Assembly (NCBI GenBank): GCA_051294375.1
Contig: CM119267.1
Span: 3,336,192 to 3,400,191, forward strand
Reading direction: 5' to 3'
Source: Paraspadella gotoi
Lineage: Eukaryota > Animalia > Chaetognatha
Length of the DNA stretch: 64,000 nt
Shown: in pieces, positions 1-17,697 of the stretch
Numbering within the stretch: the stretch's first letter is position 1
How the letters are laid out: every line of letters starts with the position of its first letter
Notes under the pieces: generated by a model
What the model was told of the DNA's origin: nothing
The model's input: the letters and a program-made list of their open reading frames with translations, nothing else
Database searches by the model: none
Program-made: the position numbers and the translations under genes

Positions 1-2702
1 TTTGAATCAGTTTGTTTTTCTTGACCCGTTTCCAAAAAATTGTTTCTATGTTTTGTAGAATCCAAAGACGCCATTGACGGCGCAGTCGACATCATTACTG
101 AAGCGTCTGACGAGACTTCGACCGCGCCCCATCATGCGTTCTTCTTCCCTTTGGCATCCTTCATGGCACTTTCAAATTGGGTTTTACTCTTGGGTGCTTT
201 GGGACAGCCGACGGATGGGTGCTGACCCAATTCGCCGTAAAACAAAATTGGTTTTCCTTTGCATTGATCCAAATCTTCATGCACTCTCAGCAGTAATAAC
301 AACGATGTGGAGAGGGAGCTCATAGAGATTGAAACGAGAAAACGTCTGGTTCGACTTTGAGTCATCGCCACGATTCGCCGACCAACGTTCCTCGTCCGCC
401 ACGTCCGCCATTGCCGCCTTTGCCACGCCCACGACGGCCGCCCCTAAACGCTGCTTTGCCGCTCTGCGCCCCACTTCGATAGTGGAGACGTCCATCTGCT
501 CCGACGATTGCAAATCGACGCAATTGACGGTCGCGCCTTTCGCGGCGCGATTGGTTTCGAGGCTATCGGCGTGCCTCGCCACATCAGATAAGTCTCTTCC
601 ACCCGGATGATAAGCATTTTCCACGACGCGAGCAACACATTTTTATCTTCAGTTTACAAATAAAATCGCAAATAAATTGGTTTTCGTCCCTCCCCAAAGC
701 TTTCATTACATAAGAAAAACGTAAATAAAATTGCATAACCGTTTCGTCTTTAGATTGTTTCATCGTTTGATATTTACTAAGACAACTATTTGAAAATTAG
801 GGAACAGGTTGACCTCTCAGTGACAAAAAATATTCGTGCACAGAGTATACGGGTGTGAGAGATAAATGTTGCATAATAGGTCTAAGGTTATCATCAGAAT
901 GGGCAACTTTCGTCGCCAAAGACTCACTTGGGAAAACATGCCGATTTCTTGCTGATGATGGACTCTTTCTGCAGGAAAGCAAATGCGTCGTCCGTTTGCT
1001 TCAGCTTCGTCTTGATCTGCTTCATCGATTTGCCGACCGATGCTCTGTCCGGAAGGTTGATCGATGACCTTGGCGGCGCTGGCGCCGCTGACGATGCAGG
1101 AACGCACGGAACTGGAGGGGGAACGGGTAGAGAAGTAGGCGGGAAAGAAAATTTTGACGGGAGAGTAGGAAGAGTCGGAAAAACGAGATGGTAGGAGAAG
1201 GCTTTGGTAAGGAAAAAGAAGCGTTCACACCATCTCTCACCTCCATTAACTTCTCCAATCCTTCTCTCTCTCTCACCCCACTCTCTCCCTCTTCTACTGC
1301 TCTCTCTCTCTTTTAGTCTTCCTCTCCACAAACATCTCTCTCATGTTGTCTACCCGCCTTTTTCAAGATTTGGATGTACTCCTCCTCTGTGAGATGATCG
1401 ATGTCGATCCTTCTGCAAGCCGCGCATCGATTCCTCGTTCCAATTGATCTAGGAACGACTCTCCTCAAATCGTCCGTGTCTGAATTGTGATGGTTTCCCA
1501 CTCGCAATCTGGCGGTCCAGACCCGACGGCTCCCCTGATGCCATGACTAAATAAAATTCTCAAGAAAAGGTAAGGTAAGATCTGCGATAGACCTTGAAGA
1601 AATATGAAATGGTAACGAATTTTTCTGATCTTAATTTTATCAATTTGTTATAAAAAACTATGGCCAATTATTTTTTACAACTCCTTGCTTCATAAAAAAA
1701 ACCAGAACAATCTCACTTCAAATTCGATGTCCTTTTGTTGAATCGCAAAGGCACGAAAAAAAATTGGAAAAGATTGACGCGAAGCGTAATTTGGGATTTT
1801 CTCTCTTTTAATTTGTAGAAATTTAGGTAGCGACGAACGAGTAATTCCTTCGGAGGCTTTAAAAAAAACTTTATTCGTAACCAGCGCTGAACACCAAGTG
1901 GAGGACGGAATTTTTAGTGAAAAGAATTCGATACCAAATAAAATGAACGAGAGTTTATTTCAGTATAACATCGAAGGGAAAATGCGCGCGAGAATAAAAT
2001 AACAATGACTTTTATATGAACTACTTTGTTTACCAAAGTAGAATGTGAAAGGGAATGGAATTTTTAGGCCGAGAAATATTATTGAATTTTTGCAATTTAC
2101 AGAATTCTTTTCTCACGAACTTCACTATACCGAACTATAAAAATCATTTTGAGAGAAATGATGACAGCGAAATAATCATGTACAGTTCCAAATTTGACTA
2201 TTTATACTATTATAGTTAACGAATCTTAGAATTACTTAACTTATAACTTATCAATAAACTTAAATATCTACTAATATAGCTAAATGTACTATATAGTATA
2301 TGTCTAAAAAACTATAAAACTTAAGACAAAAGCAGTAGGAAATAAGTTTATAATGTGTTACTGTTAGGGCAACAAAAGTATAATTCAGCAAAATAATGAC
2401 TTTTCGAAGGTAAACAAATGCCAAAAAATATGCAGTTGCGGCAAAAGTAGATCCCCGGTTATTAAAGCAAAATGTTTTTAGTCGCAAACTCTCATTTACG
2501 AGAAAGTTTCAAAAACGTGTCTTTGACTCTGGAGACTGGAGCAGGGCTTATGAAATATAAAATAAGAAAACAGGGCTACTTCAATTTGCTAAAAATTACA
2601 ATTATTTGTAAAATAAATAACATGAAGTTTGCGAAGGAGCCTAATAATTTTGGAAACTAGAAAAGAGTTTAGTGCGGTACTTAAGACATTAAAGGGTTGA
2701 CT

Positions 2703-4863
<2,161 letters not shown>

Positions 4864-5295
4864 CGCGATTTCGAAATCGGTTCGTCTCGAGTTCTGGATC
4901 CTATTAATAATTTGGAGATGTCTCCCGTCGATGTCGTTTAGATTATTGTATTTTTATTGGATATGATTCGTCTGAAAAGGAAAATAAATTAAAAAAAAAA
5001 AAATTAGTTAGCCAAATAAACTATGTAATAGATCGCAATAGGGCACAATCACAAAGAATAAACTACGTAGTATAAAATACAATACAGAATTAATCATTTT
5101 AGTGTAATTTAAGTAAAGATATAATAAATCGCAGCGTAACAAGGGAATATTAAATTTATACAAAACGACCGCCCCGCAGTCGTGAAGACTAGTTTCGATC
5201 GGCAATTGAGATGAGGAAAACGGATCAGTTTGAGGAGTCGAGAGAATTGTGAGTTTCCGTCGTCCTAGTTTTATATACGTTATTCTTTAAAGATG

Positions 5296-5304
5296 ATTAT
5301 TTTA

Positions 5305-5361
<57 letters not shown>
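5296..5361. repeat. (ATT)n microsatellite
   Basis: Long run of attattatt. Confidence 0.9.
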
Positions 5362-5457
5362 TTATGACATTATTCCTCCATTTTAATTCCAGCTCTCTAA
5401 TCTTCGAATCCTCCTTTCATCATCGTCATCATCCTCTTTCTCATCCATAGTCGAGAA

Positions 5458-5985
5458 TCATTTTATGTCATCGGCGCTGAACATTCCCTTGGCGCGCCGG
5501 AGGATGGAATCTTTGGAGGCGTCGTAAGGGTGGTCCTTGGAGGGGATCTCCAAAACGGTCGGAATGGGATTCACATGAGCGTCGAGAGTGGGTCGGATCA
5601 ACTCGGCGATGTTCTAGGCATAGAGGAGAGGGGGGGGGAGAGTGAAGGGGGAAGGATTGAGAAGGTTTTGAGGGAAAAGAGAGCAAGGGACCTGATTGAT
5701 GAGAATAATGGCGATGTCTTCGCGATTGAGGAATCCCTTGAAACAGTCGTCGATGTCTCCAACGGAAGTATTTTTGTCGACGACGAGAAAGTTGGGACTC
5801 GTGTTCGTCTTGTTCGTCTCTCCGATGCCGCCGAGGAGGAATCCCGTGCAGGTATCCTCGTCCCCGATCACTGCAGGAGGTGGATTAAAGCCAAGTCAGG
5901 GCGGGGAATATTAAGAAGAAAGTCTCAGGAGAAAACCTTGGAACCGACCCGCTATGAGTTTTCCTTTTGACCCGTAGAAAGCCAT
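5458..5985 (-). CDS. ATP6V1F: V-type proton ATPase subunit F (3 exons)
   Basis: GKLIA|[34 protein letters not shown]|[35 protein letters not shown]. Confidence 0.95.
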
Positions 5986-7871
5986 GAGTTTTGTTTATGT
6001 CCTTTACTTCAGCGATCGGCAACGTCAGAGAAAAACGTCCGAGATATAAGAAAATGGATTCTTTCTTTTTCTCGTGTTCGAGACAACGGAAATCGACTAA
6101 TTGTCGTGTGGACTGTAGAAGAAAATGTTTAAACTTGCATTTAGTGTCGGTTTGGGTCCCTAAAAGGAGTTAAAAACGGATGATGAAAATAAAAAAAGCA
6201 AGAAAACGTAAAAGGGAATATAAGCGGATTTGGCTGTCAAATTTGCAATGGACTGGCATTAGTGAACCTCTTATCTCAGCAACAAAAATAACGTCAAGTA
6301 AGATTAAGGTTTTTTTTATAAAAAAAATTATAATTATATTAAACATTCAACAATAAGTACTTGATAGTACCTAAAAAAAACAAAATTAAAAATCAATAAG
6401 CAGCCCATCAATGGTGTAATAAAGTCTATTAATATTAAGAAACTTATAAAATTTATGCCTCGATTTATAAAAGAAAACAAACAAACAAAAATTCCAAGTT
6501 TACAAACGACCACAACGTAAAGAGTATAGCAGCAAGAAAATAATTGCTATATATTGTAGGAAATGTCATGGATATTATTTTTTTGTACTGGCACGAGAAA
6601 CGAATGAAATATTTAATAAGCTTCTCGCTCGAATCAATAAAGACAGAGAAAGGAAATTAAGTAAATAAAACATTAATTGAAAGTTCTATAAGCAATAGCG
6701 TGCTTTGGCATGTTCAAAATCTAAAAAAAATACAGAGCAAACAATCAAGTCGCGTATCTTAATAATTGATAATAATTCCAATCATGGCACGAAATGCACT
6801 TGATAACAGAGGAAACTACAACAGAGTTTTCAAGAAAACTGTAAATCTTTGATCAACTGAAGCAATAATACATATATTCTCTTTCAAAATTAACAAAATT
6901 CAAATGGTGGGCCCAGTCAAAGCCGATTATGATGCGCCATGGCGCAGTTAATTGAAGACAAGTTTATATGATAATAAGTATATTGATTTCTTTTTTAAGT
7001 AAAAGTATTTAAAACTTTTGACTCCAGTCACTCAAGCCTCTCAAAAATATCAATAATATACCACAACGTTTGACAGTTAAATATTTTTAATCATTTTTAA
7101 TTGTATCAAAACACCAAAAGGAGGTTCTAAGTTTGCGAAAAAATATATTAAATGTACATACAATGTATGAATGTATGTATTCAAGTCATACATATATATA
7201 TGTCTATATGTATATATTTAGCCGCGCCATGGTGCTTCTAAAAAACCGTTTCATTATCTGCCAAGGACACAGGTGGTCCCCTCAAAAAGCGAAAACATTT
7301 GAAGTTACACAAAGCATCGTCCATGTATACATGAGTTAAGGAACTGTTTCCACAAATATATTATCGGGTGAATACGTTTGATCCGGCAGTGATTTGAAGG
7401 AAACATTATTACACGCATAAAGAAATCGATTTTCGTTAAAAACTCTGTTATGCACAACGCGCCACATGTAATAAAAACCAAACTGAATGAGGAACTTCCA
7501 TAAAAACTGTCGTTTACAGGGTTATTCAATGAACAATCCCCCCTCTTGTAATACGTATATAAATACAAACAACGAAAACAGTAATAAGAGTGGACGCGTT
7601 TACGAGATTCAAAAAAAACAAAAAAAAAACGACGTCTTAAATCCTTTTCGGACGCGGATTTGATTCATTTCGCTCCCATTCAACAAACTCGTGCAAGATT
7701 TTATACGTCTAAAACTAAGAAACTAAAAGAAGATAGCGACTTTTCTAAAGTCGCAAAGAGAGATACGTTGCAAGGCTTAACGCCTTCGCAGAGATTCAAT
7801 TTCTCTCGCTCCCAACCCCCCCCCTCCAAACTCCCGCCGAAACCAAGTATCGCGCGGAGCCGATAAAGCCT

Positions 7872-8917
7872 TTAGACGGCGGCGTAGTTGCGGCGGATGC
7901 CGTTGAAGAGGACGCAGGCCATCGACATGCCCAAGAGCTCGATGAAAGCGATGCCCAACATGACGCCACCCGCGATGAAGAAATTCTTCTTGAACTCCTC
8001 CATCAGAGCGTCGTAGCAGCCTGAGTGTGTGGGGAAAGGGAATAAGGACAGCTTGATCTTGAAATAAGTGAAAAAAAAACAGTTATAAACTTAGAGAAGC
8101 GATGTCGTTGTTGTTTACCTTTGGTGTAACCTTTTCCGACGCATTTGAGGTCAGTGGGCAGGATGGTTTTCTGAGAACCGCAGCAATCGAATTCCTCCTG
8201 GAATCGATCTTTGTCTTTCTCGTTAAAACTCTGCCACATTTTAGTGACCAATTCTTTGAATTGCTATAAGAAAACAAAAAGGTCAGAGGCAAGAGAATAT
8301 TTGATGTCTAACGCACTAAATAATACATATTCTTTGGAGAGAAAAACAAACCTCGCGAAACTGATATCCTTCGTCAGTGGAATCAGCAGTGGCGGCGACG
8401 TACATCAGGATGCCTGAAAAAGCAAGAGTTAGCCGCTGAAACCTCAGCTCGTTGCCTTTTCGAAATTCACCAACAAATCACCTCCGATGCCGAGAGTGGC
8501 GAGGAAGCAGAGCAGCAGCAGCACGAAGAATATTCCGAGACAGCATTGACTCTCGCGAATGGCGCCGCAGCACCCGAAGAATCCGATGATCATGATGATG
8601 CCACCCAGGATAATCAGAATAATGGCCAATGCTTGGATCCAGCCTTTAGAATAAGAAAAATATTTTCCATATGTGGCAACACATTCACTATCGCTACCCA
8701 CATCCTCTCTTTACACTTTTACCGTTTGTTCTTTATTTAATTATATACCTTGAAGATTTTGAATGTTTTCGTCCATGTTCGATCTCCCGATCATCGTCTC
8801 CAAGAAGTTTTCGTCCGCATAGGCCCAGGCGCCAATGCCGATGATGATCAGGCCCAGAATCCAAAAGAGGAAATTAAAGAAAAAAACCAAATATTTGGTG
8901 CAACTGTACTCGCACAT
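7872..8917 (-). CDS. Tetraspanin (multi-exon)
   Basis: [33 protein letters not shown]2 loop with QEEFDCCG, four hydrophobic segments and a C-terminal YAAV (YxxPhi) motif. Confidence 0.92.
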
Positions 8918-9519
8918 TTTGACGGTTTTATGCTTTCGAATCGAATTAGATAAAAGTAAATGTTTATAACTTTATAGAAGACCTAAAAAGACAATGAACA
9001 TTGGACAAATATCACGAAACGAGGTGCCGCAAATTTCGGCATTTACAGGCAAAAAGTCAGAATAGTTTTAATGCACACTTGGGTGAAACGTTTTAATTTA
9101 CTCTATTCTGTAAAAGCTAACTGTATCAATTTTTTCACTCAACCTGAAAAACAAAAATTAACCATATGAAATCTCTCAAGGGTCAATCATTTGTCGAATA
9201 ACACGTACAACTGTAATGCGAGCATTTATATAAATTAAAAAACGAACAAAATGACAGCTTTTCATTAACAGCCCTTATTCTTTATAGGATCAGCTCTGAT
9301 ACAAGTTTATAAATAGAAAATGCATTTAAATGAGTATGAGTTGCTGCGTATAAAAATAAAAACGATAAAAAAAAAATTTAGAAAAAAATTATAATTAGTA
9401 TATCAAATTATTGTATCAAATTCATTAACTCGTATCAATCTAGGAGACCATTTCTTTTTAAATGCAAGTGAATCGTATGTCAAATTGTAATGAGACTTTA
9501 TTCTCTTATCAGTTTCAGA

Positions 9520-12247
9520 TTAGTGCCAAATGGCGGCATAGTTTCCATAGAGTCCAGCTGGCAGAGGACCGCCTGTTTAAAAAAAGTAATTCGACTTAGA
9601 AATGAGCGAACGTCAGACAACGCCCGCGACCAGCCGTTTACCTGCAGCAAAGAGCCTCGTTCCCGCCGGATCGTAGCAATGGGTGTAGATGGCGTTAGGA
9701 TACTCGTGTCCGACGAAGAAATCGTGGTAAGTATCGTCGTGGTGAAGCCATCCAACGCCCGCCTCCAGCTGCACTGGCGCGCCGCAGTCGAGATCCAAAT
9801 ACTTGTCCGCTCTAACGTCATAGAAATAAACGGAGCCTTGTCCTGAGATGAGTGGCAAGTTAGTTTTGCAAAAGCGTCTGGCTTAATGGATTCTCATAAA
9901 ACTCACCGGTTCCGAAGGTGAGGACGTCGTTGCGAAATGAGAGGGAACGGATGCCGCAGCCGCGCTGTCGGCAAACAATTGATCGCGTCGCGCTAAGTTT
10001 AGGCACGCGTGAATCCACAAAAGTCACGTGAGACTGTGAACCCAAAGCGAAAACGTTCCCGTCCTCGCTCACGCTCATGCACACATTTTCCCGCGGATGT
10101 GGAAGTCTAAAAGTCGGAACGTAAAATCAATTAAAGTAAAGAAACGAAAAACTTTATTTTTATTTCCTGCTTCTGCGACTTGCCTCAGAGGCTCGCAACA
10201 GGGCTTGAAGGTGCCGACGTCTATGAGATGGAAGTAAGCGTTGAGGGAGAGCGTCGCCACCTGCTTGTTCCAGCTGTTGTAGGCGACGGCGCGGATTTTC
10301 TCAGCGCGGTCACAGTTGATCACGTCGAGTGGGGTGAGGCAAGGATGGGCGGGAAATGTTCTGGCCCGCCGAGTTGGAGGGCGCTCCTCTTCGTCGTCTT
10401 GCTCGTCCTCGATCTGGTCCAAATCGGGACTGATGCGAGAACGCCTCCTCGTGGCGCTGAGAATGGGTCTTCGACCAGGAACCCTTCGAGGACGCAGGGC
10501 ACCGTCCGAGGAGTTGGACTGCGGAGAGACTCAGGTTTTTGAGTGGAAAGAGTAAAGAAAAAGTCTAGAAGAAGAAATCAAAACCTGAGAAACTGGGATT
10601 TGAAGATCCTCGGTGAAATCGTGATCGCCATGGCCTTCGTCGTCATCGAAAATAGAGTTGAAGCTTTTGGAGTTGAAGCGTAAACATTTTATTTCCTAGA
10701 TTTTCATTCTGGAATCTGAAATTTTAAAAACTGTCTAACCTTACGGGGTCCAACAGAGACCGCTGATTTTGTATAAAGTTATTAATTTCGTGAGGAAGGC
10801 CTTCGAGAAACTGAGATCTTCGACGCGAACCTTCTGAATGAAAAGAAAATAAATAAAAATAGCAGGATCCTTAAAACCGACGGCAGAGATCACATTGCTC
10901 AATTCAACTGCTCCATTTCTAATCGTTTTTGGCTTCTGGTGACAACCGAGTCTTCGCTAAAAATCGATGAAGTCTACGAATTTCTTAATCTCCTTTCATT
11001 ACCTTCATCATCGGAATCGCTATCGGATGATGGATTAAGCCGATGACTGGGATGAATGACTTCGCTCGCAGTTTTCCTAATAGTATTAAGCGGAACCGCG
11101 ATATAGAAAGGCCGACGTCAAACGAGCCCAAAAAAAAATCAAGATAAAATAAAATACCTTCGCGGAGAAACTTTGGTCCACTGTCGACGGTTCAAAGTCT
11201 CCACATTCGCAGGCGCAGAGGAATCCACGGACGAAAAGGCGACGCTCCCGGCGCTGTAACAGTTATTCGGAACGCAGAGTTTTAAGTAAAAGACAAGGAT
11301 TTTGCCGTCAATCACTTGGATCACCTGGAAGACGTTCGTGGCAAGCTGCCTAAGACGTCCGACTGCACGCGGTAGATGCAAATGTTTGAATCGCGCGAAC
11401 CGGAAACGAAAAATTCATCGTCGATCCAATCGATCCCAAAAACCTGTTTCAGTTTCTCTTTTTGTGCGTTTGGATCGATGGAATCATTTCTAAAAATATA
11501 TTTAGTAAATAGGTCTCACCCAATCGTCATGGCCGCCTTCGCAAATGGCGACCGGATCGAAAGTGGGTAGCTGGTAGATCGCGATGTCATTGGTGGCGTG
11601 ACCCCCGGTCGCAAGAAGAGACCTGGACAAAAAATAAAAAAATAAAAAAATAGAAAATTCGCCACATTGGGATTTTCCACACTTATAGTCAGTGATTCAA
11701 ATGTATATTTACCGAGAGGGATTAATGCTTATGGAGTGAATGCCGCAAGGAGGGTCGGCGGTTCGATATCGACCCGAAGAACTTAACATAGGGATGTAGC
11801 TAATCTGATGAGATAAGACGTCGAACACCAATAACTTGTTGCACTTTGTTCCCATAACGACCTATTGATGAACACGAAAAATTATCATAAAAGAAGAGCG
11901 TCTCGTTAAGTTACTCTTCGATTAATTAAAAGGCGTTACTTGTCTTTCGTTCAGCCATTCCGAAGCGAAAATTTTGTTGATTTTCGTCTCCTCGAAATTA
12001 AACTCAGTTTCTCGTAAAAGACGGGGGAGACGTCTGCAGAAAAAAAAATCAAGGCTTAATGGCTTATAGTTACGAAAAAAAGTAGCAGAGGGTAAAGGTT
12101 AAACAAACTAAAACACCTGAAAGCATAATCGCCGAGAACTGAGGAAGATAATCGATCGGTCGAGTCTCCCGCGTCGGCTCTTCCGCTGAACTGCAACTGA
12201 AAATTTCGATATCGATACATCAGTGAAATATCGCATCTCTCACTCAT
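9520..12247 (-). CDS. DCAF12: DDB1- and CUL4-associated factor 12 (WD40), multi-exon
   Basis: NKIFASEWLNERQ, GTKCNKL, CGIHSISINPSR, FVSGSRDS, RENVCM..ALGSQSHV, GIRSLSF, GWLHHD..PNAIYTHCYD..LFAAG, and GNYAAIWH* at the end. Confidence 0.9.
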
Positions 12248-12359
12248 AAGACGCGTTTCTCATCCTTCAAAGCAAACAAGCTTCATAGTTTACTTCTTTA
12301 CTCATTCAAGACTTACATAGAACATTTTTTTCAGAGTTTTCATTTTAAGTTAAAAAAAA
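12248..12359. promoter_or_regulatory. 112-bp spacer between divergent DCAF12 and beta-tubulin start codons
   Basis: Head-to-head ATGs at 12247(-) and 12360(+). Promoter function is inferred only. Confidence 0.4.
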
Positions 12360-14018
<1,659 letters not shown>

Positions 14019-15979
14019 GATAGGAGCCTTTTTTTTTTTAAGTATAAAAAAAATATACGTAAATTTATGCAGGTCATCGATTTCTAAAGATGAACATATT
14101 TTTCGTATGTGAATATTTTTATAAAGTATTAAGGTGACAAAAATATTTTAAATTACTAAATTTATTACGTTTTAAATTAAAATTCTATATTGCTTAAGTT
14201 TAAATTCTTTTTTAAAAATTCTAAAATTAAAATCCCCGGCATACAAACTCTGTTTTCGCATTGTCGAGAATCGGGGTTAGGTAACGCTAATTATACCCCT
14301 CTCCCCTCCCCCCCCCCACTTCCGGTCCAAAACGCGATTGACGAAAATCTTTATCTACATATATTTTTTTTTTGAATAAATCAACAGAATAAGGTTAAGC
14401 AATAAGTACACTTAATTTTCGTCAAATTCGTATTGGACCCTCTGTCTTGTATCGTAACATAAAAATTATAAAAAATACATTGATTTCTTAAATAAACGAA
14501 ACCAATACTAATGAGTGTATTTCATCCACAGTAGTAGGTTGTCGTAGATGTCAGTTTTTTAAACTTTACCTGTTGGGTTAATCCAACGACAGATGAACTG
14601 ATCCTGAAATCCCTTTTACTACTAGGACGTAATTGTTGAAAGGTCGACGCTCCTCCTGCTGAAAACCTCTAAAGTCTTAATCAATAAATTCGATTGGTAC
14701 GAATTAGATTAGGCTCGTTTCAATCGGGGCCATACCGCATCTATGGGGCGTGTTATTGAGCCACCCGTATTCCGAGAGAATTGGCGAGGAGGCAACCAAA
14801 GCCTTGGAGGCCAGCATACGTCTAAAGCCGCAGCCATTGAGAGATCGTCGACTCTACGAAAAGAAAGGTTATCAATCGTAATCGACGGAGATCTCGGAAG
14901 AGGAAGAGGAATGAAATAAAGGATAAACTGATGAGTATTTTATTGTATTGTATTGTTTGTAAACAAATATCGATTGTTTATATTTTCAAACACTTTTACA
15001 AAAGGTAAATAAGATCGATGAACTACGTCTACGAGAGTTTATGTCCAACAGAACCTGATATGGTGCGCAACACTCCCGACTCGATCGCAACGACAAAGAC
15101 GACTCGGCGCGCAAAGAGCGTCGAGTCCCGCACTGACCATCGCCGTGGTATCGGTGTTTCTCCACGTTGCTGTGACGATTGGACATTTTGTCTCGTTAAC
15201 GAAAAAAAATTAAATCACGATCATGTCCGTCTGTCTGTTGCGCGCCTATCGTCGCTTCTTTATTATCTATAGATCGACGCAACTAAGGACAAGCGACGCT
15301 TCCGTTGTATCGGTATTATTCGGTATTACAGAAGAAATCTTTTCATGGCAAAGAGTTGACTTTAAACAGGGTCTCCGATCTGTGTAGTATCTAAAATTCA
15401 TTTAGAAAAAGTTCACGTCGTTATAATTTTTTTTTTCTAAAAAAAGAAATTAAATCCTCGACAAATATCGTGTAACGATACAAACTATTAACTTTTAAAG
15501 AATTAGCTATTAAGTATGTACTATTAATTCCAAAATGCTGTAAAAATGAGATTCCGAACGACAATCTTAAATTAAAAAAAAATTGACGAATGTATACTTG
15601 TAAAGTATTTCATGATCTTAAACAATGTAAATTTTTCATCTTTGATTTTTTTTTTTAATTACCGAAACCGTAATATCCTGAGCATTCAAGTTGCGCCTCT
15701 TAAATAGGTCTGGCAGTGCACTTACTGCAACTGAGATATCAAGACTAATGGAAGACTTTCCCCAACACCCATTCGAAGTAAACAACGTACCAATTAAAAA
15801 TGCGGAATGTTTAAATTTCATTGTTTTCGAAATAAAAAATACGGCTAAAGTCTGGATGGAATGTGTAGAAGAACTAACAATTACATGTAAAAATTATCGC
15901 GCTATTTTGAGATGATTAGTTTCCGCGGAGATGAAAAGGCGATCGAGGTGAAGAAAAGGCGCGGGCCGACGAATCGGTC

Positions 15980-17697
15980 TCACCCCTGCTTCCCGAGTTC
16001 GAACTTACGGTAAAACTCGGAGGCGGTGAAAATGGCGGCGTCGATGAAGGAAGCCACCGTAAAAGTTCCTCCGACTACGGCGCATATGGTCGTTAAAAAA
16101 GTGTAGAAGGGCTTCATTCGCTCAGTGTATTTAACTGTAAAAAGAAAACAAAATCGATTACTAAAATCTTTTTTTTTAAATCCTAAATGCATAAGGATCG
16201 TCGCAATCGCATATCATTTCCACACGGACGAATCGATTCCAGCGAAACTTGATTTCCAGCTCAATCACACACTTCTTTACCGTCACACAAAATTTCAAGT
16301 TAATCGCCCAATCCACTTATGAGTAATTAACAATTTAAGCTAAGGACATCAATTTTTTTGCATAATTCATCATAATTCGATGATCTGACATGATCCAAGC
16401 GATTTACCGACGGGGTGGAACCGACGGACCGACAAAGTGAGTCGAAGAACCCGAATCTGCTTTCGGCAGATCCGGCTAAAAATATGAAAAACTGACCAGT
16501 AATGGGACTGAGGTCGTATCTGAACCAAATAGCCGGAAGTATTCTTCCACCTGCAATATTAAAAACAAAATGTCAAAAGATCGAATGTCTATTCGATATA
16601 TTTAACTACGACCGCCAGAACGTACCGTGACCGTACGCCATATAGTTTCGATAAGCAAACGTGTACTGATAGGACGTAATTTCGGCTCCGGATCTCTGCT
16701 CATAAATTGTCGGAACAATCTAAACAAATGATTAAAATTAGCCTATTAAGAATTAAAAATATTAATAGTCGTGGATACACGATTGATAAAGTGGGCTCAC
16801 CTTCATAAAGTAGTCGTGCGAGGATAAAGGGCTGAAATCTTGTTGGTCAGGTTTTGTGACGTCGTGATTGAAGAGAGGATTGAAGGATTTGGGAAAGGGC
16901 ACCTTTGAAAATTGAGGATTGAAGGATTTGGGAAAGGGCACCTTTCAGAATTCATATTCAAACGAAGAACGAGCAATAAAAAAAAAAAAGGATAGAGTTC
17001 TCCTCTCAACTAAATGTCCAAATCCCACCCACCGGGTTTCGCACGATCGTCTCGTCTCCTAAAACGAGAGAGTTGATGTGATGCGACATGTCGGGATCGT
17101 CCGGCTGAACGTCCGCCGAATGAGTCGAAACGTGAAAATTGCCCGGGACTTTGTTGACGAGGAACTTTGCCGTAAAATGGCAGCCCTTTCCTCCGTTCAA
17201 CTCCTCCTTCGTCGTGTCTTCGATGTGACCCACCTCGTGGCGGCCTAGAATGGTATTTGGAGGCGAATAAAACGCGGACAATCAACAGCAGGGAGAACGG
17301 ATATCAAAGAAAGCCAAGATACGACTTGACTTGCAAGATACGATTCGTGAGAATTACCCAGATCGTCTTGGATGTCGAGGCCCAAAAAGTCGCAACCCAT
17401 CCTGGGAAGTGTGATGTCCAACTTGACCGGAACTCGCTCCCTTTCACCGGGGTTGTGGACGAAGAGTTCCGAGTGGAGATCGATTGTGACGAAAGTCAAA
17501 AACTCGGAAAGGAGTAAAAAAGCGATGAAGCAGATGCAGGCGATGGATATGCATGCACCTGGAAAGAAAGAAGGGATGATCATAATCGCGTGCTGAAGGG
17601 AGTAACAGAATAAATTCAACCCACCTGTTACTGTAGGTTGAGTGAGGTCCTTCGGGACTTTCCTATAGATGTCGAATCTTCGCAAATCAAACTGCAT
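15980..17697 (-). CDS. ERGIC1: ER-Golgi intermediate compartment protein 1 (multi-exon)
   Basis: MQFDLRRFDIYRKVPKDLTQPT, GLDIQDDLGRHEVGH, NKVPGNFHVSTH, IWFRYDLSPIT, FLTTICAVVGGTFTVA..KFELGKQG*. Confidence 0.95.
16875..16945. repeat. 39-bp-period tandem duplication at an ERGIC1 intron/exon junction
   Basis: gaggattgaaggatttgggaaagggcaccttt occurs at 16875 and again at 16914. Confidence 0.9.

Noticed and set aside
6880-7570. Palindrome gcgccatggcgc and short ORFs between ATP6V1F and the tetraspanin
   Set aside because: No TIR/TSD pair or protein similarity that I can support.
14225-14290. Resemblance to the RNase MRP P4 motif (aatccccgg..cggggtta)
   Set aside because: Too short and lacks the other conserved regions.
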